64,000 nt of DNA from an uncultured Fibrobacter sp. (lineage in GTDB: Bacteria; Fibrobacterota; Fibrobacteria; Fibrobacterales; Fibrobacteraceae): the NCBI GenBank assembly GCA_900313675.1, contig OMSO01000014.1, positions 12,475 to 76,474 on the forward strand, given 5' to 3'. How positions within the stretch are numbered: position 1 is the stretch's first letter; the number at the start of each line of letters is the position of its first letter. A program made the translations under genes and the position numbers. The notes beneath the pieces are model-generated. The model was given only the letters and a program-made list of their open reading frames with translations, made no database searches and had not been told where the DNA came from. Positions 1 through 12,214 of this stretch are shown piece after piece.

Positions 1-117
1 GGCCTCCCCCTGCTTGCAGCCTTGGCGATTAGGCAGATGCCGACAGTGTCATTGTCCGACGGCCTCGCCAAGTCTTCCTGCACCCCCTCTCCTAGGGGCT
101 TCGCCCCTAAAACCCCT
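1..117 (-). repeat. Composite palindromic element (outer 'GGGGGAGGC' family), truncated at window edge
   Basis: Reverse complement reads GGGG..AGGGGCGAAGCCCCTAGGAGAGGGGGTGCAGGAAGAC[stem]GGCTGCAAGCAGGGGGAGGCC, matching elements at 36367-36716 and 56987-57163. Confidence 0.7.
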
Positions 118-329
118 TAAAATAATCCGAGTCTCAAGGGCACAGTCGCCTGCAAAAAAGACCGTCAGTCGCGCCTTCACTTCGTTCGTCGCTACCCTCC
201 GGATTTTTTGCCTAGCAACTATGCCCTCTCGCCTCGCAAAAAGGGTTTCGCTACGCAGGAGGTTGCTCGGTCACGGTGTTCCCTCGCAACCACAAGCGGC
301 TTTATAAAGATGTTTGAAAGATTTGTGAA

Positions 330-617
330 TTACTTTGAGTGTATTCTGATGTACATGCAGGCGTCAATAAGACATGACCACTCTTTTTCGCGGCAATTGT
401 AATTGGAAAAAACAGAATCTGCATATGCTCTCTTACGAGGTTCGGTGGCGGGACTGTAACTGTCACACGTAAAGTCGTTTTCCACATGTTTCATACATTC
501 GTTGTAAAGTTTTTCTCTAGATTCAGGTTCTGAGTAACTGTCGGAATCATTAGAATTGTTGTCAGAACAAGCAATCAGCGTTAATGAGAAAAACAACAAA
601 AAGAAAAATGTTTTCAT
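330..617 (-). CDS. Small Cys-containing lipoprotein, hypothetical
   Basis: MKTFFFLLFFSLTLIAC lipobox; AGAGGA upstream of ATG; AT-rich. Confidence 0.7.
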   Translation of the reverse strand: MKTFFFLLFFSLTLIACSDNNSNDSDSYSEPESREKLYNECMKHVENDFTCDSYSPATEPRKRAYADSVFSNYNCREKEWSCLIDACMYIRIHSK

Positions 618-724
618 AGATTATCCTCTTATGATATTGCACTTTTCCGCGACTCATAAGGTGCCCTTATAGGTTCGACCTTTTGAATACACACTCTTTT
701 ATTTGAAAGTGCAAGTGTTTTACC

Positions 725-861
725 AACCCCTAGCCCCTAGATCCTAGCCCCTATTTTCAAGCGGATCTTCGCCTTGGTTCGGCATTGCTCACCACAGGAC
801 GCGAGGATGACACCTCTTGAGACCAAGCATCCTAACCCCTAGCCCCTAAATCCTAGCCCCT
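725..861. repeat. 7-bp CTAGCCC/CTAGATC repeats flanking an inverted TGTCATC-type REP
   Basis: Reverse complement of the unit at 12272-12420 (GGTCTCAAGAGGTGTCATCCTCGC...GATCCGC). Confidence 0.75.
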
Positions 862-900
862 TTTTCTATATTTACCCCCGTTCGATAAAAGGGGGCGCCT

Positions 901-1833
901 ATGCTCAAGTATTACAAAATCGAAGCCGGTCGCCTGGCGGTCGCACCCAACGAAGATGCCGCCGACATCGTGATGATGGGCTCCCTCAGCCAGGAACAGC
1001 GCAGCGTCCTGGTCAAGGAATACGAGATTACCGAACATACCATCGCCTCCGCATTCGACTCCGACGAGCTTTCCCGTATCGAATACGACGACGATTTCAC
1101 CACCATCGTGTTCAAGAAGCCCAAGAACTATTCCGCCGCCGACAACTTCCAGTTCCGGGTGGAATCCTTCGGCATCTTCATCTTCAAGGACTGGGTGCTG
1201 CTCCTGACCGACAGCGACATCCCGGTGATGGACGAAAAGCGTTTCTCCAAAATCGACAGCCTGAACACCTTCGTGCTGAAAGTCCTGAGCTACGCCATCT
1301 ACCATTTTAACGAACACCTGAAAATCATCAACCGCATCAACGACGACTTGGAACAGCGGCTCAACACCTCTATGGAGAACAAGTACCTGCTTTCCATGTT
1401 CAGCCTGAACAAGGGCTTGATCTACTACGTGAGCGCCCTGAACAGCAACGACACCCTTTTGAAGAAACTCCAGATGGGCCGCAGCCTCAACTGGACCGAG
1501 GCCGAACGGGAACTGCTGGAAGACATCCAGATTGAAAACGGCCAGAGCCTGCAACAGGCCAACATCTACGCGAACATCTTGACATCTATGATGGATGCCC
1601 GCGCAAGCGTCATCAACAACAACTTGAACCAGTTGATGAAGAACTTGACCATCGTGACGATTTCCATATCGCTCCCGACGTTCTTTGCCAGTTTGTTCGG
1701 CATGAACGTGCAACTGCCCTTTGGCATGAACGGCGACGCCACCGTGGGTTCGCCCATGACTTTCTGGGCCGTTATCGCCGTGTGTATCCTGTCGGTGGTG
1801 CTGTTCCTCGGCTTCTGGATCCGACGGAAATAG
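901..1833 (+). CDS. corA: CorA-family magnesium transporter
   Basis: C-terminal LFGMN motif followed by a second TM helix. Confidence 0.9.
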   Translation: MLKYYKIEAGRLAVAPNEDAADIVMMGSLSQEQRSVLVKEYEITEHTIASAFDSDELSRIEYDDDFTTIVFKKPKNYSAADNFQFRVESFGIFIFKDWVLLLTDSDIPVMDEKRFSKIDSLNTFVLKVLSYAIYHFNEHLKIINRINDDLEQRLNTSMENKYLLSMFSLNKGLIYYVSALNSNDTLLKKLQMGRSLNWTEAERELLEDIQIENGQSLQQANIYANILTSMMDARASVINNNLNQLMKNLTIVTISISLPTFFASLFGMNVQLPFGMNGDATVGSPMTFWAVIAVCILSVVLFLGFWIRRK

Positions 1834-1946
1834 TCGCGAGTCGTGAGTGGTGAGTCGGTGCTACGCACCGTTGAGTTTCAACAATCGCGCCTTTGGCGCC
1901 AAATTATATGCTCACAACTGATAACTGAAAACTGACAACTCGCGAC
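1833..1946. repeat. Inverted pair of 7-bp-periodic arrays between convergent genes
   Basis: GTCGCGAGTCGTGAGTGGTGAGT ... AACTGATAACTGAAAACTGACAACTCGCGAC with internal hairpins. Confidence 0.65.
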
Positions 1947-1950
1947 AGCG

Positions 1951-2955
1951 TCAGTTTCCTCTATCGCTCATGCTGGCGAACATGGCGACAATCTCGTCGG
2001 TAAATTTGCTGTTGGGGAGCCCTTGCGCAATTTCTAGGGCCTTTTCCAGATGGTTCTGTGCCGTGGCCTTCGCCTTGTCGAATGCCCCCTTGACGCTCAG
2101 CTTTTCCTTGATTTGCGCAGGAATGTTGTCTTCGGAGGCCCGCTTGATCAGGTCTTCCATTTCACGCCGTTCTTCTGCGGAACTGTTTTCGAAATAGTAC
2201 AGCAGGGGAAGCGTAATGAGCCCGTTTGAAAGGTCGGTAAACTTGGCCTTGTCCAGGTTCTTGGAACCGTAGCCGTAGTCCAGCAGGTCGTCGATAATCT
2301 GGAAGGCGATGCCGAAGTGGCTTCCCATTTCGGCGCATTTGTCCACCATAGGCTTGTCGAACCCGGCAAGAATAGCCCCGATTTTGGCGGCGGCGTTAAT
2401 CAGGGCCGCGGTCTTTCCGTCGATAATCCGGTTGTAGGTCTCAAAGGAAAGTTGCATGTCGCCGCAGTGGTCCAGCTCCAGGATTTCTCCGGCAATCAGC
2501 TGGTCTGCCGCCTGGGAGAGGATTACGGGAATGTCCCGTTCCGTCTCTTCGATAACGCTCTGCATGGACTGGGAAAGCACGTAGTCGCCAATGAGAACGG
2601 CCACCTGGGTGCCCCATTCCTTGTGTGCCGTTTTTTGCCCGCGCCGGACTTCGGTGTCGTCGATAATGTCGTCGTGAACAAGGCTTGCGCTGTGCAACAG
2701 TTCAATGCCCGCGCAGGCGTGGGCCACCCGGTCAACGTCAACAGTAGATTTTCCGCAGTTGGCGATAAGGCAAAGCAGGGTAGAGCGGATGCGCTTTCCC
2801 TTCTTCTGGAAAAGGGCGGCAAGTCTGTCCGAAATTCCAGCCGGTGCGTTCTTGGCCACGTTCAAGATGACCTGCTCCGTCAGGGCAAGTTGGTCCTTGA
2901 CCAGTTCACGCGCCTGGCCCAGTACGGTCTGGAAGTCGGCCTTGTTCAGGTTCAT
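1951..2955 (-). CDS. Polyprenyl diphosphate synthase
   Basis: GKRIR, ASLVHDDIIDD..RRG, GKTA and FQIIDDLLD motifs. Confidence 0.92.
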   Translation of the reverse strand: MNLNKADFQTVLGQARELVKDQLALTEQVILNVAKNAPAGISDRLAALFQKKGKRIRSTLLCLIANCGKSTVDVDRVAHACAGIELLHSASLVHDDIIDDTEVRRGQKTAHKEWGTQVAVLIGDYVLSQSMQSVIEETERDIPVILSQAADQLIAGEILELDHCGDMQLSFETYNRIIDGKTAALINAAAKIGAILAGFDKPMVDKCAEMGSHFGIAFQIIDDLLDYGYGSKNLDKAKFTDLSNGLITLPLLYYFENSSAEERREMEDLIKRASEDNIPAQIKEKLSVKGAFDKAKATAQNHLEKALEIAQGLPNSKFTDEIVAMFASMSDRGN

Positions 2956-2958
2956 GGC

Positions 2959-5254
<2,296 letters not shown>

Positions 5255-5258
5255 GGAT

Positions 5259-6044
5259 TTACACCAGCAACAGCTTCGACAGGGTGAATCCGCCAATCAG
5301 GATGCTGGTCATGCCCGCCACCACGGTGGCCTTGGTGCTCTTGCCCACGCCTTCGGCGCCGCTATGGGTGTAGTATCCGAAGAAACAGGCATAGCTAGAA
5401 ATAAAGAAACCGTAAAGGGTAGCCTTGATAAGGCCCACCACCAAATCCCAGTTGTGGTAGAACATGCGCACGCCGTAGAAGAATACGGACCAGGAGACTT
5501 CCTTGTACAGGTGGGCCACTTCGTAACCGCCCACGATACCGATAAAGATACTGATGACGGTCAGCACCGGCAGCATGATGACGGTGGCAATAAGGCGGGG
5601 AGCCAACAGGAACTTGAAGGGGCTGAGCCCAAGCACCTTGTAGGCGTCTAGCTGCTCGGTCACCGCCATGGTCCCAAGCTCCGAACACATAGATGCCCCA
5701 ATACGGCCCGCAAGGACCATCGCGGTGAGGATGGGGCAAAGCTCCACCATCACAGACTTACCGACAGCCATGCCCACGAACATCATGGGGATCATGTCGC
5801 CGAACTGGTAGGCCAGCTGCCACGACATGATGGCGCCCGTGGCCATGGACGCCGCGAACACCACGGGGATACTGGTAATGCCCACCACCTGCATCTGTTC
5901 GACGGTAGTGTGGAAATTGGAAAATGCGCCGGGAATGTTCTTGAACAATTCCCACACGAACTTGATGTAGTTGATGACCGTGCGGAAAAACCTTCGGACG
6001 AACCGTCCCAAGGATTCCGCAGAATTGTTCAACACTTCGACCAA
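5259..6044 (-). CDS. MlaE-family ABC permease
   Basis: ELCPILTAMVLAGRIGASMCSELGTMAVTEQLDA; GAEGVGKSTKATVV. Confidence 0.9.
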   Translation of the reverse strand: MVEVLNNSAESLGRFVRRFFRTVINYIKFVWELFKNIPGAFSNFHTTVEQMQVVGITSIPVVFAASMATGAIMSWQLAYQFGDMIPMMFVGMAVGKSVMVELCPILTAMVLAGRIGASMCSELGTMAVTEQLDAYKVLGLSPFKFLLAPRLIATVIMLPVLTVISIFIGIVGGYEVAHLYKEVSWSVFFYGVRMFYHNWDLVVGLIKATLYGFFISSYACFFGYYTHSGAEGVGKSTKATVVAGMTSILIGGFTLSKLLLV

Positions 6045-6051
6045 TTAATCC

Positions 6052-7872
6052 CTACTTCTTTTTCTTGTTGTCCTTGGCAGCAGACTTTTCGTTCTTGGCA
6101 GGAGCCTTGGCGGGCTGACCCTTGGTGGGAGCGCTTATAGCCTGCTTAAAGAGTTTCATGTCGCTCAGGTACTTGATGGCTTCTTTCAGCTGTTCGTCCC
6201 GCTTCAGGGAGAACGCCGTGCTTACGGAATCGTTCACCATGGCGGTCAAGAGTTCCCGCTTGATGCCGTCCTTGATGTAGTCCTTGTTCTCGTCGAACTG
6301 GGCCTTGCGACGCTCTTCCAGGGCGTTCTTCATGTCGGAAAGCCGTGCGGCCAGGGTAGAATCCGTAATGGTCTTGGAGCTGTCACCCATGTAGTTCTGT
6401 TCCTGGATGATGCTCTTTTCCAGCTGGTCCACGCCCACCAGGGCGTTGCTCTTCACCTTCATGAAGTTGGTGTCCTTGAGGCAGAAATCCTTGAACTGGG
6501 TGTACAGGGAATCGGGCACTTCCCAAGAGGCGTCCATCTTGACTCCGGACTTGTCCAGTCCCGGACGGACCTTTACCGCAAACTTGAAGTACATGGCCAT
6601 CCGCTCCTGGACCTGTACCACCCAGGGCATGGGAGAAAGTTCCACGTCCACGTCGGGAGTGATACCGCCGCCGCCGAACATCATGCGTCCGTTGTGGGTG
6701 TAGAAGGTGTCCACCTTGGCGGTGTCCTTCTTTGCGGTGTCGGCCTTGGCTTCGCCTTCGCCATCTTCAGCTGCATATTCCTCTTCCATGATCTTCAGGC
6801 CCTTGATTCCGTTCTCGGGCTTGTTGATGCAGCGGCCAAAGGGCAGGTAGTAAAATGCAGTGGTGAGCTTTAGGGCGTTCCCTTGGTTGTCCAGCGGGAA
6901 AATGGTCTGCACGGAGCCCTTGCCGAAAGAAGTCTTTCCGATAATCAGGGCCCGGTCCCAGTCCTGGAGGGCTCCGGACACGATTTCAGCCGCACTGGCA
7001 GACCCCTGGTTCACAAGCACCACCATGGGCATGTCGGGGTTCACGATTCCGTCTTTGCGGGCGTGGCTTTCGGTCTTCTGTGTGCGGCCCTTGGTACTTA
7101 CGATTACGTTGCCCCGTTTCAGGAACAGTTCGCTAATCTCGATGGCCTGGTTCAACAGGCCGCCGGGGTTGTAGCGCATGTCCAGAATCAGCTTTTTCAT
7201 GCCCTGCTTCTGCAGGTTCTTCAGGGCGTTTTCTACGTCGCTCAGGGTCTTGTCGCTAAAGGTGGCAAGCTTGATATAGCCGATATCGTTAGTGACCATC
7301 CCGTAATAGGGCACGGCATGAACCACGATTTCGGCACGGGTAATGGTAAAGTCCATCAGCTCGGGGACGCCCTCGCGCTCGATAGAGACGGTCACGTCCG
7401 TGCCGATCTTTCCGCGGAGCTTGCTTACGGCGTCGTCCAGGGTCAGGCCCTTGGTATCCTTGCCGTCGATTTTACGGATGCGGTCGCCGGCCCGGATGCC
7501 CAATCTGAAAGCGGGGGTCCCGGAAAGGGGCGAAATCACGGTGAGGATGTTGTCACGGAGGCTGATAGTGATGCCCACGCCGCCGAACTTTCCTTCCATG
7601 GAAACCTTCAAGCCCTCGTAGTCCTTGGGGGTGAACACTGCCGTGTGGGGGTCCAAAATGTTACGGATGCCGTTCAGGGCCGCGTCGGTAAGTTCCGTGG
7701 GGTTCACATCTTCCACGTACTTGCGGTTCACTTCGGAGAATACCTTGTTGAGTCTGGAAACCTCGTCGTAAAAGTCTCCCGGCGGGGTGGACTTTTCGGC
7801 TGCCGAGGCAAGGCCCAGGGTGGCCAAGGTAAGGACAAATGCTTTGCGCAAAATCGAGCTAGTGATAGTCAT
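6052..7872 (-). CDS. S41 C-terminal processing peptidase
   Basis: PDZ GVGI, DMRYNPGG, SASAAEI, SFGKGSVQ; signal peptide. Confidence 0.93.
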   Translation of the reverse strand: MTITSSILRKAFVLTLATLGLASAAEKSTPPGDFYDEVSRLNKVFSEVNRKYVEDVNPTELTDAALNGIRNILDPHTAVFTPKDYEGLKVSMEGKFGGVGITISLRDNILTVISPLSGTPAFRLGIRAGDRIRKIDGKDTKGLTLDDAVSKLRGKIGTDVTVSIEREGVPELMDFTITRAEIVVHAVPYYGMVTNDIGYIKLATFSDKTLSDVENALKNLQKQGMKKLILDMRYNPGGLLNQAIEISELFLKRGNVIVSTKGRTQKTESHARKDGIVNPDMPMVVLVNQGSASAAEIVSGALQDWDRALIIGKTSFGKGSVQTIFPLDNQGNALKLTTAFYYLPFGRCINKPENGIKGLKIMEEEYAAEDGEGEAKADTAKKDTAKVDTFYTHNGRMMFGGGGITPDVDVELSPMPWVVQVQERMAMYFKFAVKVRPGLDKSGVKMDASWEVPDSLYTQFKDFCLKDTNFMKVKSNALVGVDQLEKSIIQEQNYMGDSSKTITDSTLAARLSDMKNALEERRKAQFDENKDYIKDGIKRELLTAMVNDSVSTAFSLKRDEQLKEAIKYLSDMKLFKQAISAPTKGQPAKAPAKNEKSAAKDNKKKK

Positions 7873-7919
7873 GCCCAAAAGATACAATTTATCGGTTGCA
7901 GACACGGCGAAAAAACGGA

Positions 7920-7947
7920 AAAAACCGGCCCTAAAGGCCGGTTTTTG
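7920..7947 (-). terminator. Intrinsic terminator after sigma factor gene
   Basis: AAAAACCGGCC-CTAAA-GGCCGGTTTTT hairpin. Confidence 0.7.
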
Positions 7948-7974
7948 ATAATAGGAGAGAGAGGAGAAAAACTT

Positions 7975-8829
7975 TTATGCCGCTTCGTCCAGCATTTTCT
8001 GGATGCGGTCGTTCCGGAGCTTAGCAAGGGCGCTTTCCTTGAGCTGACGGACTCGTTCCTTGGACAGCCCCACCATAGGGGAAATTTCTTTCAGGTTCAG
8101 GTCGCTATCCATCTTGAAGCCGAAATAGAGCTTGAGGATATCGCTTTCCTGCTGGTCCAGGTTCTTGTTCAAAACTTTTTCGAAGACTTCCCGGCGGTTG
8201 TTCTTTTCGGCCAGGTCTTCGGTGCGGAATTCTACAGAGGGAATGCAATCTCCCAGGGTGGAATCTCCGTCTTCGCCAACGGGGGCTTCCAGAGAAGAGG
8301 TGCGGTTGCCCATCATCAATACCTTTTCGATGGCGTCGCCCTTGTACTTGGAAACTCCTTCCAGGCTGTCGGTGTCCAGCACATAGCTGCCACCCACAAC
8401 CTGTTTAAGCTTGCCGCCCTTCTTGTTGAAACGGCGCAGAATCAGCTCCTTCTCGGCGCTGATACGGACCGTGCGGCCCTTTTCGGCGATGGCGCGGGTA
8501 ATGTTCTGGCGCACCCACCACACGGCGTAACTGATAAACTTGATTTTCTGGCTAGGGTCAAAACGGCGGGCGGCCTCTATAAGGCCCATGTTGCCTTCGC
8601 TGATGAGTTCGCCCACTTCAAGTCCCTGGCCCTTGTAAAGGTTCGCGATGTTCACCACAAAGCGAAGGTTGGACTTGACCAGCAAATCCAGGGCTTCGCG
8701 GCTGCCCTCCTTGACCTTCTTGATGAGCAACTTCTCCTGTGCCGGAGTCAGCAGAGGAATGCTGGAAATATCTTCAAGGTACTGAAAATAAGTGCTTTTC
8801 TCATCACGGGTGTAGGTAGCGGCGTTCAT
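7975..8829 (-). CDS. RpoD/SigA-family sigma-70 factor (short, no region 1.1)
   Basis: NLRFVV, ELISEGNMGL, KFISYAVWWVRQ, region 4 SKERVRQL. Confidence 0.93.
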   Translation of the reverse strand: MNAATYTRDEKSTYFQYLEDISSIPLLTPAQEKLLIKKVKEGSREALDLLVKSNLRFVVNIANLYKGQGLEVGELISEGNMGLIEAARRFDPSQKIKFISYAVWWVRQNITRAIAEKGRTVRISAEKELILRRFNKKGGKLKQVVGGSYVLDTDSLEGVSKYKGDAIEKVLMMGNRTSSLEAPVGEDGDSTLGDCIPSVEFRTEDLAEKNNRREVFEKVLNKNLDQQESDILKLYFGFKMDSDLNLKEISPMVGLSKERVRQLKESALAKLRNDRIQKMLDEAA

Positions 8830-9006
8830 AGTAAATCCTTTTCCTTTACGCCTATAAATCTACCTCCGTTTAGGTTTCGGAGTGTCAGGAACTGCCCTAG
8901 CCCTTGCAAAAGTTTAATTTGTTTTTTGTCGGGAAAAATCGCTTTTTTGTCATAAAAGTGTCATTACGGGCTGTACGGGGACCGTTTTTGACCTATTTTT
9001 GTCATC

Positions 9007-10206
9007 ATGGAACCAGAAATGACCAACAATTCAATCTTTAGGCTGCGGCAGAGGTTGCAGGGGGCCCAGGAAAGGGATTTTGACAGGTACGAAAAGATAA
9101 TTCGAGAAGTCCTGGAGCAAGAGGATAAGATTTCGTTTCCGATACCGGCCTATGTGCCCCAGATTCTCGTTTTCCTCTTTATCCTCATTTTCCCCATGCT
9201 CTACATCGGGGATCCAGTTACCCGTTCGGTAATCGGTTTGGACTGGCGAGAACTCATGAATTTTTATTTCCCCGTGCTGATGTGCATCGGGGTATTCGGT
9301 CTCAATCTCCATTTTCTGGTACCCAACTGCATTCTCAAAAAGCATTATGTCGTTTATTTTGTGTGTAACTCGATTCTGGTCCTGGCGACCTGTTTCTTGC
9401 GGGAGGTTGTTTTTTTCCTGATTGACAGAGCTCCCGGGCAGGGCGTGAGTTTTTTTCTTGAGTCCTACATGTTTTCTTCTGTGAAGGGCCATTTCAGTTA
9501 TTGGACTGTTTTTTCCTTTGTGGTGCTGGTCTGCCTGGTTTGCGTCATCTGCGTGTTTTACCGGCTGATATCTACACAAATTCTGCGAGGGTTCGTGGTC
9601 AGGGAACAAAAGCGTGGCCGCTTGCAGTACGAACTGGAATTCCTAAAAAACCAACTTTCGCCCCACTTTTTATTCAATACCCTGAACAACATAACGGCGC
9701 TTATCGCCATAGATTCCAGGCGTGCGGAAAAGTCCATGATGGAACTTTCCAAGCTGTTGCGGGTGACCCTGTACCAGACAGCCGACGATATGATTCCCCT
9801 GGAAGAGGATGTGGAAATTCTCCGGATGTACGGGAACCTGGAAAAGCTCCGGCTAGACGACAGCTTCGATTACCGTTTTGACGTGGAACTTGAAAATCCC
9901 AAAGTGATGATACCGCCTCTAGTAGCCATGCCCCTGGTAGAAAACGCTTTGAAACACAGCAAGAACCCCAAGGGAAAAAGCTTCGCCCATATTACCATCA
10001 GGCAACAGGGCGACGAACTTGTTTTGGAAACGGAAAATTCCAATTTCCCGAAGGTATCCCAGTCTCCCCGAAAAGCCAGTGGCCTCGGGCTTTCGACCTT
10101 CCAGAAACGCCTGGAGATTCTGTATGCGGGGCGTTACGAGTATACGGCTTCCGCCGAGGGCGACGTGTACCGTAGCCGCCTAAAGATCCAGCTCGCCGAC
10201 AACTGA
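9007..10206 (+). CDS. LytS/YehU-type membrane sensor histidine kinase
   Basis: LKNQLSPHFLFNTLNNI, PLVENALKH, SGLGL; about 4 TM segments. Confidence 0.9.
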   Translation: MEPEMTNNSIFRLRQRLQGAQERDFDRYEKIIREVLEQEDKISFPIPAYVPQILVFLFILIFPMLYIGDPVTRSVIGLDWRELMNFYFPVLMCIGVFGLNLHFLVPNCILKKHYVVYFVCNSILVLATCFLREVVFFLIDRAPGQGVSFFLESYMFSSVKGHFSYWTVFSFVVLVCLVCVICVFYRLISTQILRGFVVREQKRGRLQYELEFLKNQLSPHFLFNTLNNITALIAIDSRRAEKSMMELSKLLRVTLYQTADDMIPLEEDVEILRMYGNLEKLRLDDSFDYRFDVELENPKVMIPPLVAMPLVENALKHSKNPKGKSFAHITIRQQGDELVLETENSNFPKVSQSPRKASGLGLSTFQKRLEILYAGRYEYTASAEGDVYRSRLKIQLADN

Positions 10207-10227
10207 TAAGAACCGCGACGTTTTAAC

Positions 10228-10330
10228 AGTCATCCCGGCCCCGTCTAAATTGTCATCCCCGCGTAGGCGGGCGGACAGCACTTAGCACTTTAGTGCTTAG
10301 TGCGCATGGCCACCAAGGTGGGGATCTCCT
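10228..10330 (+). repeat. TGTCATCCCCG REP with nested GGACA..CATGGCCACC hairpin module
   Basis: TGTCATCCCCGCGTAGGCGG[GGACAGCACTTAGCACTTTAGTGCTTAGTGCGCATGGCCACC]..GGGGATCTCC. Confidence 0.75.
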
Positions 10331-10339
10331 TGCGGACAC

Positions 10340-12112
10340 TTACCGCGCGGCCAGTTCTTCGGGCGTGCGGCTCAAAATATCCCAGTCGCCCCGCTTGATA
10401 ATCTTGTAGGCGTAGCCCTGTTCGGTAAGGAACAGCTGGCGGTTCATGGAGAACTCCTGCTCCTTGGAATCCTGGGTCACGATACTGTAGAAGTGTGCGG
10501 TGCCGCCGTCGCTCTTGGGACGCAAGATGCGGCCCAGTCGCTGGGCTTCTTCTTGCCGGCTGCCGAAGGTCCCGGAAATCTGTATCAGGATGTTGGCGTC
10601 GGGAAGGTCGATGGCGAAGTTGCCTACCTTGGAGACCATCAGGTTTTTCTGCTCGCCCTTGCGGAAGGCGGCGTAGAGCCGTTCGCGTTCCTTGTTGGGG
10701 GTCTTGCCGGTAATCAGCGGGATTTCCAGCTCCTGGGCGAGCTTTTCCAGCTGGTCGATGTACTGCCCGATAATCAGCACCCGGTCGTCGGGCTTGTCAA
10801 AGTGGGCGAGGAGCCGCTTTACGATGTCCGTCTTTTCGGGATTGGTGCTTGCGAGAGTAATCTTTTCACGGACCGGCGCCAGGGCGTATTTCATCTTCAG
10901 TTCCGCTTCCATGGGAATGCGGATCTCGTTACAGTCGGCAGTGGCAATCCAGCCCTGGGCTTCCAGCACACGCCAGGGAATGTCGTATTTCTTGGGCCCG
11001 ATAAGGCTGAACACTTCCGTCTCCTTGTGGTCTTCGCGGACCAGGGTGGCGGTAAGTCCCAGGCGGCGTGTGGCCTGCATCTCGGTACTCAGGCGAAACA
11101 CCGGGGCAGGGAGCAGGTGCACCTCGTCATAAATCATGAGGCCCCATTTCTGTTCGCTGAACAGCGGGAAGTTCGAGAGTTCCTTCTTGACCTCTTCGTC
11201 GCTCAGGTCGTCCGGTTCGGGTTCGCCCTGCTTGTTTACGTCCTTCACCTTCTTGCGCTGGGTGAGAATCTGGTAGGTGGCCACGGTCACGGGGCCGATT
11301 TCCTTCACTTCGCCGGAGTATTCCTTCACCTGGTCGAGGGTCAGGTCCGTCTTGTCGCAGATTTCCCGGATCCACTGGCGGGAGGCGGAAATGTTGGGGG
11401 TAAGGATAAGGGTCTTGGTCTGGATGAGGGCCATGGTGGCAAGACCGATGACCGTCTTGCCCGAACCGCAGGGCAGCACGATAACGCCGGAGCCGCCCTT
11501 TTCCGAACCGCTGGCGTAAAACACCTGGGCGGCTTCTTTCTGGTAGTCGCGGAGTTTGAATTCCTTGCCTTCGAGGGTGGTCTCCCGGAGCTTGATGGGG
11601 AGCGGGTCGCCCTGGACATATCCTGCCAGGTCTTCCACTGGGAATCCGGCGTTGGTAAGTGCCATCTTCAGGTGGCCGCGGCGTTCCGGGTCCACTTCGG
11701 CGTGGGAATCGTCCAGGAACTTCAGGATAAACGGCTCCACCTCCTTCAGGTGGCAAATCTCGGTGAACATGTAGGTGTCGTCGGATTCCAGTAGCAGGCG
11801 GTCAACCTCTTTGCGCAAGCGGAGCAGGCCGTACCGGGCCATGTAGTCTTCCACCTCGGTAATCACCGTCTGTGGAATGGGGTAGCGGCTCTGGCTTTCT
11901 AGCCGTTCCAGCACTTCGGTTGCGCGGAGGCCCGTGGAAGCCGCGTTCCAGAGGCTCAGGTGGGAAATCTTGTAGGTGTGCAGGTGCTCGGGGCTCTTGA
12001 CCAGTTCGGTGAAGGGAGCGATCGCGTCCCGTGCAGGTTCGTAGTTGGGATTGTCCACCTCGACCATGATTTCGAGGTTGCTCTGTACAATGATAGCGCC
12101 ATTCGGATTCAT
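10340..12112 (-). CDS. XPB/Rad25-type SF2 DNA helicase
   Basis: ELVKSPEHLHTYKIS N-domain, LPCGSGKT, DEVH, TAT, QRLGRILR. Confidence 0.93.
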   Translation of the reverse strand: MNPNGAIIVQSNLEIMVEVDNPNYEPARDAIAPFTELVKSPEHLHTYKISHLSLWNAASTGLRATEVLERLESQSRYPIPQTVITEVEDYMARYGLLRLRKEVDRLLLESDDTYMFTEICHLKEVEPFILKFLDDSHAEVDPERRGHLKMALTNAGFPVEDLAGYVQGDPLPIKLRETTLEGKEFKLRDYQKEAAQVFYASGSEKGGSGVIVLPCGSGKTVIGLATMALIQTKTLILTPNISASRQWIREICDKTDLTLDQVKEYSGEVKEIGPVTVATYQILTQRKKVKDVNKQGEPEPDDLSDEEVKKELSNFPLFSEQKWGLMIYDEVHLLPAPVFRLSTEMQATRRLGLTATLVREDHKETEVFSLIGPKKYDIPWRVLEAQGWIATADCNEIRIPMEAELKMKYALAPVREKITLASTNPEKTDIVKRLLAHFDKPDDRVLIIGQYIDQLEKLAQELEIPLITGKTPNKERERLYAAFRKGEQKNLMVSKVGNFAIDLPDANILIQISGTFGSRQEEAQRLGRILRPKSDGGTAHFYSIVTQDSKEQEFSMNRQLFLTEQGYAYKIIKRGDWDILSRTPEELAAR

Positions 12113-12214
12113 AGGGCGGCAAATATAGAAAAAAAGAGGTTAGGGGGTCGCTTCGCTTTGAGGAATGAGGTCGGGCCTGCGGCCCTTTGAGGTGTGTAAT
12201 GTGAGGTTCGAGGA

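Noticed and set aside
14-307. 97-aa ORF
   Set aside because: Translation of palindromic repeat DNA with no RBS.
640-715. Possible riboswitch upstream of the small lipoprotein
   Set aside because: Only short hairpins (ATAAGGTGCCCTTAT); no recognisable riboswitch consensus.
6883-8955. 690-aa antisense ORF
   Set aside because: Shadow of the S41 and sigma genes caused by GC-rich codon bias; no motifs.
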